Positions 1-11,544 of a stretch of DNA of 64,000 nt are shown piece after piece (positions within the stretch are counted from its first letter, which is position 1; every line of letters begins with the position of its first letter). The notes beneath the pieces were generated by a model. The model did no database searches. It was not told where the DNA came from and worked only from the letters and a program-made list of their open reading frames with translations. This DNA comes from an uncultured Nitrososphaeraceae archaeon (GTDB lineage: Archaea; Thermoproteota; Nitrososphaeria; Nitrososphaerales; Nitrososphaeraceae): positions 10,584-74,583 of the forward strand of contig CAWGVG010000012.1 of NCBI GenBank assembly GCA_963825865.1, read 5' to 3'. A program made the translations under genes and the position numbers.

Positions 1-623
1 CAACAAGAGCATCTTTCTCCTTTTACTGTTATGTTAAAATCGTTGTTATCATTCACTTCAAGAGGTACTCCTTCCATACCTACTAAATGGAACAGCATCA
101 ATAACAGTAGTGATTTTCGCTTTGATCTTATTGACCATCCATCGTCTAGCAGTAGCAACAACAACAACAACAACTGCAGCATCATTTTTTATTGACATGT
201 TGGTCATTTTCATATTCGCCCTATCGACTATGATCAGAAAGTAGTTGATGGACTTAAACCTTTTGATAACAATATTAAACAATTGTAAAGTAATATTCCC
301 AAATACCATTCTATTTGTAAATCTATAGTAATGAATATGAAGAGGCATTTAATGAATGTAAACGACAAATCCTACCTTAGATCACTAATACTAACTATCA
401 AAACATATGGCATTAGTATTAGATGTTTGCTTCTCTAGATAGGAATGCGATCGAATAAATTATTACTTTTATTTTCCAACAGCGTGCTGTAAATCTTGCT
501 TTTACGATTGGATGATAATTCTGACATTTTGGAAATTAAACTTAACAAATATTAATTACAAGTAAGGAATAATGTTCATTTATTTAGTATTTTCTCCAAC
601 AGCCTTATATTCTTAGAACAATT

Positions 624-767
624 ATGTTAGAAAATATAGCATATGTAGGTCTTGGCTTTGCATCAGTCTTCTTTGCATTGGAAACAGCATGGCACTTTAC
701 AGCCTGCAAGATACATGACAAATCGATAAAGCCTTGTTTCTACAAGCAAATCGGCATATTAAAATAG
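624..767 (+). CDS. 47-aa small membrane protein (MLENIAYVGLGFASVFFALETAWHFTACKIHDKSIKPCFYKQIGILK)
   Basis: ATG 624 to TAG 767; the copy at 14700-14843 encodes the identical protein with only silent differences. Confidence 0.7.
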   Translation: MLENIAYVGLGFASVFFALETAWHFTACKIHDKSIKPCFYKQIGILK

Positions 768-795
768 ATAGAAAGAGAGAGAGGTCTTGGTAATA

Positions 796-969
796 ATGGC
801 AAGTATTGAAAGCAGAAGCAGAGCTAGAAGAAGGACAAAATCACTAAAGATGAAGACAACTTCATTAGAAGACAAGATTACTAAAATATCGTCGTCATTT
901 AATACTATTGAAGTACAAAGAATCATAGCTCGTGATGGTTTTGGTTACTTTTCAACGACTAATGACTAA
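796..969 (+). CDS. Small basic hypothetical protein ending DGFGYFSTTND
   Basis: Reading frame conserved in the paralogue at 14927-15097. Confidence 0.55.
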   Translation: MASIESRSRARRRTKSLKMKTTSLEDKITKISSSFNTIEVQRIIARDGFGYFSTTND

Positions 970-978
970 ATAAGAGTC

Positions 979-1551
979 ATGATGGCAAAGTTTGGGCGCA
1001 GAGCAATACTTATAGTAGAGATGCTACAACAAGACTTGCTATTGGCATTGCAACAACAAGATCGTCACCAAGAAAGTATAGTTATCGATACTGCCCCCGT
1101 TATGATAAATGATACTGATGAAAGAATTAAGAAAAAGCGTGATGATTATAGCGGATATTATAGCTCTCATAAACCAAAAATAAAGAGGATATTTTTAGTT
1201 GATGATAACTATGATCATACTGTTACTTTCAAGGTGGGATTGGAGCTTGCCGGATTTGAAGTTGATGCATATACTGATTCAGCAATAGCATTATCAAAAT
1301 TCAAGCCGGATTGCTATGATCTAATGCTAATTGATATTAAAATGCCCAAGATTGACGGATTTGAACTATATGAAAAGATAAGCGAAATAGACAATAAAGT
1401 TAAAGTATGGTTTATTACCGCATATGAAAGATATGATAAACCGCTTAAAGAAGTTCCACCAAAATCAAGAGAAATGATATTAACTCATTTTGTAGAAAAA
1501 CCTATTGAAATAGATATTTTAGTGAAAGAAATAAAATCAGAACTAGATTGA
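979..1551 (+). CDS. Response regulator receiver (CheY-like) with N-terminal extension
   Basis: IFLVDD, LIDIKMPKIDGF, FITA and KP motifs. Confidence 0.9.
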   Translation: MMAKFGRRAILIVEMLQQDLLLALQQQDRHQESIVIDTAPVMINDTDERIKKKRDDYSGYYSSHKPKIKRIFLVDDNYDHTVTFKVGLELAGFEVDAYTDSAIALSKFKPDCYDLMLIDIKMPKIDGFELYEKISEIDNKVKVWFITAYERYDKPLKEVPPKSREMILTHFVEKPIEIDILVKEIKSELD

Positions 1552-1787
1552 ATCTTTAAAAAAGGTAGGTAGGTATCAGCATTTTTTATATGATAATATA
1601 TACGAACAGGATTGTTATATTAATATAGTTTCTATAAGGATGCCATTCTGACAAGGACTTATGATAATAGTTGACCTTATGGTGAATCTTTAGTAAAATT
1701 GCAGAAAGCATATAGTGAAAAGGACATGATGATGAAATATCTTTTATAGAGGGTATATTCATCTTGTTGTTTCTGAACACTTACTCT

Positions 1788-1928
1788 CTTTATTCCCACT
1801 CTATATTCTTTGATATTTCCTGTATTTGGATCTACTTTCGCAGTCATATCTAGAACTTCTATTGCATGTACATTTCTAATTGTCTTTACTGCTTCTTTAA
1901 CTGCAATTTGGGCTGCGTCTTCCCAACC
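1788..1928 (-). pseudogene. Dodecin-family (flavin-binding) protein fragment
   Basis: Reverse strand reads GWEDAAQIAVKEAVKTIRNVHAIEVLDMTAKVDPNTGNIKEYRVGIK; N-terminus missing. Confidence 0.75.
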
Positions 1929-2078
1929 GTCTTTAACTGCAGTTTGAGCTAGTAATTATTGTTTATTTATTTTTCAGAGGTCAGGTAGACGCTGCTGATA
2001 ATTATCAGAATAAGCCTGAACTTACTAATAATCGGTGTAGTGTAGTATGTATATTTTATACATATTTTCTTAGATTCT

Positions 2079-4271
2079 TTGATCATTTTATCATATTATT
2101 TTTATATATATATTAGTCGTTATTCTTTTAGAAACTATACGCAAGACGAAAAGATCAAAATATTTCATGGTATTGAAAATGTAATAAATACAGAATTACA
2201 ATTTTTCTCTAATGCAAATAATAGAATTGATACCTGTATGAATTATACAAGGCCTCAGTTAGCCATTGCACTTGACCCAATAAGGCATGCATTTGTCCAT
2301 GCTAAAAATAGAGGTGTAAGGCTAAGGTATCTTACTGAAATTACAACTGAAAATATTTCTTTTTGTAAACAGCTCTTGTCCACTGTTAGTGAGATAAGAC
2401 ATCTAGATGGTATAAAAGGGAATTTCATGATAAGTGAGTCGGAGTATCTTGCTCCTGCAGTTTTACTTGAGAAAGGGAAGGTGGCAGCTCGGATCATGTA
2501 TAGTAATGTTAAGGAGCTTGTAAAAGAACATGAGTATGTATTTGACATCCTTTGGAGCAAGTCAATTTCAGCTCAACAGAGAATAAAAGAAATCGAAGAA
2601 GGTATAGAGCCTATCAGAACTAGGCTCTTAGAAAATCAAGACGAGATCATCAGAGAAATTAAACGCCAAAACAATAGAGCTAACAAACTATCAATATGTA
2701 CAGCAATCGGAGGAATGCAGATGAGCTATAACTACCTTTTTGATTCATACAAGACTATAGTTGATAAACACAAGACAGGTGAGAGTAAAGAGGGATTGCG
2801 ATGGCTGACAAACATAGATGACAAAGAATCTGCCAATTTAGTTGAGCTACTTCTTAAATCAGGAATGCAAGCAAGACACACAAAAAGTATGCCGCCATTG
2901 AACTTTGGTGTATCAGATAAAGAAGTGGCGCTTACTGTAGAAAAGATGGGAGGTGGTAAGATGAGCAGACGCTTTTTAATAAGCAGTGAGCCACTATACG
3001 TAGACCATTTTAACAATTTATTTGACGAACTATGGAGGAACGGAATTGATGCTCAACAAAGAATAAAAGATATAGAACAAGGTGTCGAAACATCTGATAT
3101 CGAGATCATTACAAATCCAAAAGAGGGTATAAGTCGTTCTTGGGATTTGATAAGGTCTGCAAACCGAGAAGTGTTGATAATGGTTTCTACTGCTAATTCC
3201 TTTCGCAGACAGTTAAAGATGGGTATAATGAATTTGTTCAAAGAAGTGTGTAAAGAAGGTGCAGTAAAGATTAGAATGTTGATACCAGCCGCTTCTGATG
3301 AGCAAATGATACATACATTAAATGAATTAAGTCAAACAAATCCGCAACAGATTGTCGACTTTCGAATCGCAGATGAGAGTTTACGTTTTAGAATTACAAT
3401 TATATTAATCGACAAAAAAGATTGTATAATTATAGAAACAAATGATGACTATGCAGACAACTCATATGATGCAATGGGATTGACAACATATTCTAATAGC
3501 AAGTCGATCGTTCTATCATATGCTTCTATACTTGAAGGACTTTGGAAGCAATCAGAGTTATATGAACAACTAAAAGCTCATGATAAAATGCAAAAAGAAT
3601 TCATTAACATAGCAGCTCATGAATTAAGAACTCCTATACAACCAATACTTAGCTTTTCTCAACTCCTTCGGTCTGAAAAAAGCAATAATACCAAAGAACA
3701 GGAATTTTTAGATGCCATTGTTAGAAATGCAAAGAGGCTGCAGCGAATTACAGAAAACATATTAGATGTTACAAGAATTGAAAGTCACTCATTACAACTA
3801 AGGAAAGAGCAATTTAGCTTAAATGAAAATATAAGAAATGTAATAAACGATGTTAATAATCAAGCAGGATTTCGCAATAACAATAATAAAACTGTTTCAA
3901 TATTATTTGAGCCCGAACAGGATCTTATAGTAGAAGCAGATAGAGTAAGGATATACGAGGTTATTTCAAATTTGATTAAAAATGCCATCCAATTTACAAA
4001 AGAAGGTACTATAACTATTGCAGTGGCAGCAGCACGAAAGATGGATTACAATGGGGTACTAGTGAGTATTAAAGATACAGGGGCAGGAATAGATCCTGAT
4101 ATATTGCCTAGGTTGTTTACAAAGTTTTCTTCAAAATCAGTTACAGGAACCGGCTTGGGTTTGTTTATCTCAAAAAGCATTGTAGAAGCTCATGGTGGCA
4201 AGATTTGGGCGCAAAACAATACTGATGGTATAGGGGCAACATTTGCGTTCAGCCTACCACTTAGCGAATAA
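2079..4271 (+). CDS. Cytoplasmic sensor histidine kinase (repeated N-terminal input domains, HisKA, HATPase)
   Basis: H-box AAHELRTPIQ, N-box NLIKNA, DTGAG, GTGLGL; exact start uncertain. Confidence 0.93.
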   Translation: MIILSYYFYIYISRYSFRNYTQDEKIKIFHGIENVINTELQFFSNANNRIDTCMNYTRPQLAIALDPIRHAFVHAKNRGVRLRYLTEITTENISFCKQLLSTVSEIRHLDGIKGNFMISESEYLAPAVLLEKGKVAARIMYSNVKELVKEHEYVFDILWSKSISAQQRIKEIEEGIEPIRTRLLENQDEIIREIKRQNNRANKLSICTAIGGMQMSYNYLFDSYKTIVDKHKTGESKEGLRWLTNIDDKESANLVELLLKSGMQARHTKSMPPLNFGVSDKEVALTVEKMGGGKMSRRFLISSEPLYVDHFNNLFDELWRNGIDAQQRIKDIEQGVETSDIEIITNPKEGISRSWDLIRSANREVLIMVSTANSFRRQLKMGIMNLFKEVCKEGAVKIRMLIPAASDEQMIHTLNELSQTNPQQIVDFRIADESLRFRITIILIDKKDCIIIETNDDYADNSYDAMGLTTYSNSKSIVLSYASILEGLWKQSELYEQLKAHDKMQKEFINIAAHELRTPIQPILSFSQLLRSEKSNNTKEQEFLDAIVRNAKRLQRITENILDVTRIESHSLQLRKEQFSLNENIRNVINDVNNQAGFRNNNNKTVSILFEPEQDLIVEADRVRIYEVISNLIKNAIQFTKEGTITIAVAAARKMDYNGVLVSIKDTGAGIDPDILPRLFTKFSSKSVTGTGLGLFISKSIVEAHGGKIWAQNNTDGIGATFAFSLPLSE

Positions 4272-4400
4272 ATTCAGTATAGTTAGACGGGGCTAATAAA
4301 CTCAGAAAAAACAATATCATTACTTTTTCAGGCCCAAACACTACTGCTGCTTCTTCTTGAAGTACTGCCTGCATGACATAGCGCGTTACATGGGATGACA

Positions 4401-4460
4401 TAACACAGATTAACTAAAGTCTAACTTTTTCGTTTTATAAATTCAAATTGTAACGTGGAT
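4401..4460 (+). repeat. Kinase-3'-associated conserved element, partial copy
   Basis: ACAGATTAACTAAAGTCTAACTTTTTCGTTTTATAAATTCAAATTGTAACGTGGAT matches 6812-6874. Confidence 0.8.
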
Positions 4461-4913
4461 TTCAATATTATATTATTTAATTATTTTTCAGATCGTAGAG
4501 ACGATGAACATAATAAACCATTGCTAAACCAAGTCAACTATGCTCTATTGCACCTACATCTATCAGGCAAACATGAAGCCAAACCAAGCCACGAAGAACT
4601 AAAGAATTGGCTGGCACAGTGGTCAAGTAGATGTAATTAGAATGAACAAGTAATAAGCAAACAAACAAAAGGATGAAGACGTAACTTTTTATTTTTCAAT
4701 TATATTTTTCTTTTACCTTTTCTTAATTACGCATAGTTACGCGCAATCTGTACATTAAATGAAGAATTAGGAGAAGACGTTATTCTTATTGAAAGGGCAG
4801 AATACATGTAATAATACATTAGCGCAATATTGTAAGTTCAATAAATGATGTAATTTAAGTCCCTTGTAAGGCCTCTTATGTTTGCCATTACTTCTTCTTG
4901 ATATATTGGCATA

Positions 4914-6807
4914 TTGTATTTATATTTAAGAAAATCACATTCATATATTACGGAAGCCTACACAGAACCCGCTAGAACAGATATAATACATGGTATTGAT
5001 AATGTAGTAAATACTGTATCACAGTTTATCTCCAATACGAAATATAAAATTGATGTCTGTGTAGATTACACACGGCCATATCTAGCTATAGAAATTAATC
5101 AGTTGAGAGATGCTTTTTTTGATGCAAAAAAAAGAGGTATAAAAATAAGATACCTTACTGAGATTACAAAAGATAACCTTCGCTATTGCAAGGAACTAAT
5201 GCCCCTAGTTGAGGAATTCCGGCACCTGAACGGTATCAAAGGGAGTTTTTACATAAGCGAACAAGAGGTACGCAGCACCTGCCACATATCATGAAAAAGG
5301 AAAGTCTGCAGATATGATGGTTCATAGCACAGTTAAGGAAATAGTAGAGCATCAGCAATATGTGTTTGATACCATTTGGAACACATCTACCTCTGCAGAA
5401 AGAAAAATAAAAGAAATTGAAAGTGAAGGTGGTGTTAGTTTTGGTATAACAGAAATTATTGACCATCCCTTAAAGACCCAAGAATTATTTATTAATCTAA
5501 TAAAATCGGCCAAATTTGAGGTACTGCTAGTTCTACCCACAGTTAATGCATTTATGAGGGAATATAGAATTGGCGCAATACAGATACTCGAAGAACTATC
5601 CACAAGTGCTACCCAAAGAGGAACACCATCTAAAGAGAATTTACAAGAACAAGGAGGGAGAAGAGCAGAGATGAATATTAGGATTTTAACCCCCACTAAT
5701 GATGATATTGATAAAATAATTAATAATTTGAATTTAACAACAACATCGTCAAGGCTATCAGAAGGAGGAGAAGGGAAGTTGTCTAACAAAGCAAATAATT
5801 CCATTCTTCAAATAAGACATTTAGAATCCTTACCAAAGTATAACGTAACTACAGTAACAATATTGGTAGTCGATAGAAAAGCATCGTTAGTTATGGAAAA
5901 GGTAGATGATTCCAAAGAAACTTTTGTAGAAGCAGTAGGATTATCGACCTATTCTACAAGCGAGCCAACAATAATGTCTTATGTATCTATATTTGAGAAC
6001 TTTTGGAATCAGATTGAATTATACGAAGATTTAAAAGAATCAAAGGAAAAACTTGAAGAAACAAATGAACAGTTAAAAGAACATGACAAAATGCAAAGAG
6101 AGTTTATCAATGTAGCAGCTCATGAGCTTAGAACACCGATACAGGCTATCTTAGGATATGCGGAGATATTAGAGGGGGAATCTAGAAGAAGCAGACAATA
6201 TGTAATCCCAATCATGAGAAATGCTGTTAGACTTCAAGGCCTTGCAAATAATATATTAAATGTTTCAAGAATCGAGAGCCAAACTTTAAAGCTAAACAAG
6301 GAGAAGTTTAACATTAACGAAAGGATAAGAACTGTTGTAGAGGATATAAAGTCAAGAGCAGATGAAATAGAGATAGCTTTTGCTGATCCAAGAGTGGATC
6401 CTATAGTTGTAGAAGCAGATAAAATCAGAATTTATGAAGTTATTTCAAATCTGTTGACTAATGCCACTAAATTTACACGTAAAAGTGATAGTGATAGTGG
6501 CGATGGTATCAGCACTATAACAATCTTTACAGACATAAAGTCCAACCAAGCCGATAACAAATATAGTAGTAATAGTGCTGTCGAGGAGGAGGTTATTATT
6601 AGCGTAAGAGATAGAGGAACGGGTATTGACCCTAATGTTCAGGGGAAATTGTTTTCCAAATTTGTTACTACATCTGAGACAGGATCAGGATTAGGCCTGT
6701 TTATTTCCAAAGGCATTGTGGAAGCTCATGGTGGAAGGATGTGGGCGCAAAACAATACTGATGGCAGAGGAGCTACGTTTTACTTTAGCCTACCGTTAAT
6801 CAAATAG
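4914..6807 (+). pseudogene. Sensor histidine kinase with a single frameshift near 5268
   Basis: ORFs 4914-5294 and 5314-6807 join into one kinase (EQE/YAAPATYHEK); AAHELRTP and GSGLGL present; frameshift could be a sequencing error. Confidence 0.85.
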
Positions 6808-6940
6808 ATATTTAATACAGATTAACTAAATCCTAACTTTTTAGTTTATATAAATCGTAATTATTAACGTGGATGACAAAAATGGGTCAAATTTGTTATG
6901 AATCCCGCCGACTCACTTGTAATACCATAACAGATTGAGA
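6805..6940 (+). repeat. Kinase-3'-associated conserved element, long copy
   Basis: Begins at the kinase stop codon; near-identical to 59583-59709 and similar to 17841-17935. Confidence 0.9.
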
Positions 6941-7102
6941 AAGAAAAAATTCAAAAAGGTTTAGATATATAGTACAATAGATTATAAAAACAGAACAAAT
7001 CCAATTATTCCATGTATATGGCTAGAAAATCAGAGGCTTTTACGATTTAGAATTAGAAAATCTAATTTCTCGTTATCAAAAAAGCCTATAATCTGTAATT
7101 CT

Positions 7103-7201
7103 AGGAGCTACGTTTTACTTTAGTCTGCCAATAATCAAGTAGATATTAATATAAAATAACTAAAGCTTAATTTTTCGTTTTATAAATCCAAATTATTAAC
7201 G
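7103..7201 (+). repeat. Kinase C-terminal tail (GATFYFSLPIIK*) plus 5' half of the conserved element
   Basis: Matches 6768-6869. Confidence 0.85.
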
Positions 7202-7250
7202 AAAAAGTCCAACATATGATAATTATAGTAGTAGGTATGTAGAACAAAAA

Positions 7251-7806
7251 ATGCAGTTAGAGAATGCGCCAAAAGGATGGAAAGTAAATTCTACAAAAAA
7301 AGTATATTCTAACTATCTTCTTGAACTATACGAAGATGTGCTTGATTTAAATGGTAAAGAAAAAACATATTTAAGAGGAGTTAGAAAGGACTACTCAACA
7401 GTAGTTCCCTTTGTCTCAAAAGATGAAATACTTGTAATTGAAAGCTATAGACACCTTGCAGACTCTACTCAGATTGAAGTACCTTCAGGATATATAAACG
7501 AAGGGGAATCTCCAAAAGATGGCAGCAATAAGAGAACTGAAAGAGGAAACCGGTTATGCTGCTAAAGATGTTATATCAATATGCCATTATACTCTTGACT
7601 ACTCTATGTTTGAACAGAAAGGAAACCTTTTTGTTGCATATGGTTTGGCCAAAGAACAAGAGCAATCTTTAGGAATAATGGAAAAAATAGATGTCAAAAT
7701 AATGAATATAAAAGATATAAAGCAACTACTCTTTGAAGGGAAGGTATTAAATGGAGCATCTATTGTTGCATTATACAGAGCATTAGATTTTCATAATCAG
7801 CGTTAA
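7251..7806 (+). pseudogene. NUDIX hydrolase (ADP-ribose pyrophosphatase-like), one frameshift
   Basis: Nudix box split across two ORFs: PSGYINEGESP / AAIRELKEETGY. Confidence 0.88.
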
Positions 7807-7815
7807 CGTAATTAA

Positions 7816-7911
7816 TAGATATTTAATATAGAATGACTAAAGCTTCCTTTTTTGTTTTAGAAATTCAAATTCGAACATGAATGACGAAAATGGGTCAAAT
7901 TTGTTCTGAAT
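7816..7911 (+). repeat. Kinase-3'-associated conserved element, diverged copy
   Basis: TAGATATTTAATA..ACTAAAGC..AAATTCAAATT..ATGACGAAAATGGGTCAAATTTGTTCTGAAT. Confidence 0.8.
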
Positions 7912-8371
7912 GCACTAAACGCTATAGGAGACTATGTATCTAACTTATAGACGCATATGTATCTCATTAATTACTTGCAAAATGTTCTACTACTCCAACG
8001 ACCAATTTGTTGGTCTGATTATTAGATTCCAATCGTACAGAAACAGTAGATACTTTGATTAGAGAAAATGCAAACACCATCAGCACCGCAAATGCGAAAG
8101 ATAATGAGAAATCTCAAGTCAATTGGTGGATAAATGAATTAGATTCACTTGGAATTAAGCAGGAAGAATCAAATAAAGGTCAAGAGCTTGAAGATCTAGA
8201 CCGATGATGTAAAGCAAAAGTTCATTTATGATTATAAGGCATGCTATAGTGAATAATACGCTCACATAAATTCAAATTATTAACGTGGGTAACTTAGCTA
8301 ACTTTAATGGTTCGATATTATGCTAACTGAAATCACTAATTGAATATTACTCCTATCAATATAACCAAGGA

Positions 8372-8557
8372 TTAAAATAAGAAGATCTCTTTCTGACACA
8401 TGTGACATGTATCATACAAAAATGGCATTTTACAGCTGTTTTTTTCGCATCTATAGATCGTGCCACATTTTATACATTGATGATAAGAAAATTGCTGTTG
8501 TTGTTCTTCTTCTTGCTCTGGCAGGCTACTATTACTAATACCTTTAGCAGAGCTCAA
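8372..8557 (-). CDS. Small Cys-rich (zinc-ribbon-like) protein
   Basis: YHQCIKCG..C...SC..FLYDTCHMCQK; paralogue at 46768-46965. Confidence 0.65.
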   Translation of the reverse strand: MSSAKGISNSSLPEQEEEQQQQFSYHQCIKCGTIYRCEKNSCKMPFLYDTCHMCQKEIFLF

Positions 8558-8735
8558 TGCCTTCTAATATCTTTAAAGTATTTTAACAATTATGTGAAAG
8601 TCTTCAATGCAAAATACTAGATTGTAGTTCTATATGAGATAATAAATTGATTCTATTAGCATTTTATAGTTACTAATTGTAATGGACAAAATTGTTTATC
8701 ATCATTATAAGAAACAGAATTTATAGTATATTGGT

Positions 8736-9167
8736 GTGACATCGTCAACTGAAGAGAATCTAAGTGTCGTATGCAAACAAATACAACAATTAGATAATTC
8801 AATTAGATTTGTAGGTATAGCCAATAACCTCGGTAGCCTGATTGCAACAGCATACAGAAATGGCCTAACTCCCCTAATGGATGATAAAGAAACTTCACAT
8901 TATGCCATACAAGTTGTTCTTCGTGCTGCTACACGTGAAGATTTTGAATCAAAAATTGGCAGACTAGAATATTCAATAGGTAAATATGAAAGGGTTATTC
9001 GTGCAACTGTTCCAATAAGGCTTTTTGGTATGTCTGAAGATGATCATCAAAGCAAATATTATTATCTGCTGATTTCATTTGATTTGAAAAAATCTGCTAT
9101 TGTCATAAATGTTATTGAAGATAAAGTTATGCCGTTTATAGAGAAGAATAAAGAGAATTTTGTTTGA
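8736..9167 (+). CDS. Conserved thaumarchaeal protein (DUF6659 / roadblock-like)
   Basis: C..I..LD.SIRFVGI...G.L....R.GL.PL pattern typical of this family. Confidence 0.7.
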   Translation: MTSSTEENLSVVCKQIQQLDNSIRFVGIANNLGSLIATAYRNGLTPLMDDKETSHYAIQVVLRAATREDFESKIGRLEYSIGKYERVIRATVPIRLFGMSEDDHQSKYYYLLISFDLKKSAIVINVIEDKVMPFIEKNKENFV

Positions 9168-10715
9168 TTATTTTATGAATAAAATACTTATAAAAAAATT
9201 ACCAACAAAGAAGGCACAGTACATTCAGGTGTTGGCCCGCTATTTTTCCATCATCGTTCAAGTTTAACAACTACAGTATTGCTTAATTTATTGAAAATTC
9301 TTTGTCTGTATTTATTTGTAAATATCCAACATAGTATCAAGTCTATGAGAAGTAAAAAGGATTTGCCGAAATTTTGAATTGCAGCACTCTTAATATTTAA
9401 TGCAGTTTCTTCATTCCTTCCTTTTGAAAGTTCAACAGTCCTGAATTTCAGAGCTATTTTCCCTATTGATTGACCCTTTGTAGTCTCAAAAAATGTCCAA
9501 TACTATATCCTTGTTTGCATCTAAGGTCTGATTTCCTGATATAATTTTGGTAATAACTTACTGACCCTGTTACCTTCCTCTGCAAAATTATTGATGGTAT
9601 TCTATATTCCTATAACTATATCTAAGCGATACCTTTCTTGGTATTTAGAAATAAATCCTTAATATCCAGTATCGCTGATCCGATAGGAATTCCCTCAAAG
9701 AAGACATCATTTCCTTGTCCCCGTTTATGCTTAAAGAATGGAAGTCTTTTGTACAGCCTCAAAAACGGCATCTTTCTGGGAATGAGGATTAATGATATTT
9801 TCAAATTTTTGTCGTCTGGATTCAGAAGTATTTGGACCGGTCTGTGTTCCCGCCGAAATTTCCTTCGAGGTCATTAAACATCCCGGCCAAAGCCGGAAAG
9901 CAATGTTGACTCTGGCACTGTCATCAAGTTGCAAAAGGTTTCGAGTATTTTGCTTGACACAATTCACAAATCTACTTTTTCGCATGTGCTCATATGTATA
10001 AAAAGGGGGATGCATACTCATCTCGGTTAGGTGGACGTCCGTACTTTTGTTCGAAAGATTTTTCATCTTCAGCAAACTCATGTCCGATACAATTCTCAAC
10101 TGCTTCCACGATCTCAACTAATTTCGAGTAGTTAGCATAGATATCTGATGGTAACGATTCCAGTCCAGCAAATTCAGTAGACCAACTATAAATGATATCC
10201 ATGTTCGGATCCCCATTCAACTAGCTTCTAATGTTAGAATTAGGATTTATGACTTGCATATGAGTTGTAGAGTCAACAATCAGCACCATCACCTTAACAG
10301 TCTTATTTTTTCTGAATCTTTTCATATTTAGTGATTTACTTATTTACGTAGGTTTAATCTATGTAAGATATGCCGATGTACGATATTAGAAAAGACTATA
10401 AAAAAATGTATTGGGATCTAGTTGAGAACTTAAGGAAGTTTGTGGATGATGCTAACAGACCAACATTCCTTTGAAAATTGGTTTTCATATCCTTCTAGCT
10501 AGTTATTATTGGTTTATGAAATACAGTTGGACACCAAAAACATGATTCGCAAATAGCAAATTGATATTTATATTGATAAAGAGGTCTAGTTATAACTTGC
10601 TGCTGCTCGAAGAGCAACAACACAGTTACATCAAATATTTCAAACACTACCGTCACTATCTATCAAGGTCCAGGACATTTTTAATAAGGAGCTTTTTATT
10701 TTGAGTATACTCTTG

Positions 10716-11240
10716 TCAATCAAACATAATCTTTCTCTTTGATATACATACATTTTTTAACTTTTTAAATATCAATAAGCAACCATTATTAAAGTTGTAA
10801 TTTGTTATACAATCAATTGCTTTCTTAACTAACATAAATTTTTCCTGCTCCTCCTCTTCTTGTTGACGTTTGTTGTCCTTTTCCACTAATTCTTCTGCTT
10901 CTTTATAGAAATATCTGGAAGGAGTAGTATCAAACCTATTAATCTCTTTGTATAATTCCTTGGCTTGCTCTCCATAGGCTTGTATTACATATTCTATACC
11001 ATTATCTTCATTACAGATCAATTCGACGTGATAATATTCTTCTGCACTTGCACCGATATGAATAATATCTTTGCAGAGATTACTAATTGAAAGATATAAA
11101 ACAGAAGAAGATAGACTACTACTATTATTATTATAATCTTTATTCTTCCTACTTGTATTATTGATGTTATTATTCTTTTTTGGAACTTGTAGTAAGAGTT
11201 GTTTTAATGGTTCTGTAGTGGTGCTATTACTTTGGTGCAT
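10716..11240 (-). CDS. Hypothetical protein
   Basis: 174-aa ATG ORF with Asn/Ser-rich tract and YHVELIC...YVIQAYGEQA core. Confidence 0.55.
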   Translation of the reverse strand: MHQSNSTTTEPLKQLLLQVPKKNNNINNTSRKNKDYNNNSSSLSSSVLYLSISNLCKDIIHIGASAEEYYHVELICNEDNGIEYVIQAYGEQAKELYKEINRFDTTPSRYFYKEAEELVEKDNKRQQEEEEQEKFMLVKKAIDCITNYNFNNGCLLIFKKLKNVCISKRKIMFD

Positions 11241-11544
11241 TTATAGACACCTTTTCTTCTTCTACTACTACTTCTTTTACCTTGTATTTTTTGACCACTC
11301 TTACTTTCAAAGCTATTTCTGATGCACAAAGTGTTGGTACAAAACCTAACATTATCCAACCAAACGATTCAGATATATCCATGTATGATTATTGTTAGAT
11401 TTTAATAGATTAACTGTACTCACTACTGCATCAAATAAGTTTCAATATGCCAGAATAATCAACATTTATTATGATAAATCATATAGTATAGGTTAGTATA
11501 CTATACTTAGTAGTCACACACTCAAAGTGTTATAGCCCTGGACA

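Larger units (their letters stand above)
431..970 (+). repeat. Dispersed duplication, copy 1 (upstream region plus two small ORFs); copy 2 at ~14497-15100
   Basis: Near-identical sequence from TAGGAATGCGATCGAATAAATT to GATGGTTTTGGTTACTT..AC.ACTAATGA in both places. Confidence 0.9.

Noticed and set aside
2255-3241. Minus-strand ORFs inside the kinase (also 5352-5804, 18156-18647, 36761-37384, 55019-55408)
   Set aside because: Antisense shadows of well-supported genes, with no motifs of their own.
9210-10560. Possible transposase remnant (GGCACTGTCA at ~9914 resembles an IS6 end)
   Set aside because: No DDE motifs or matching partner end could be read; left uncalled.
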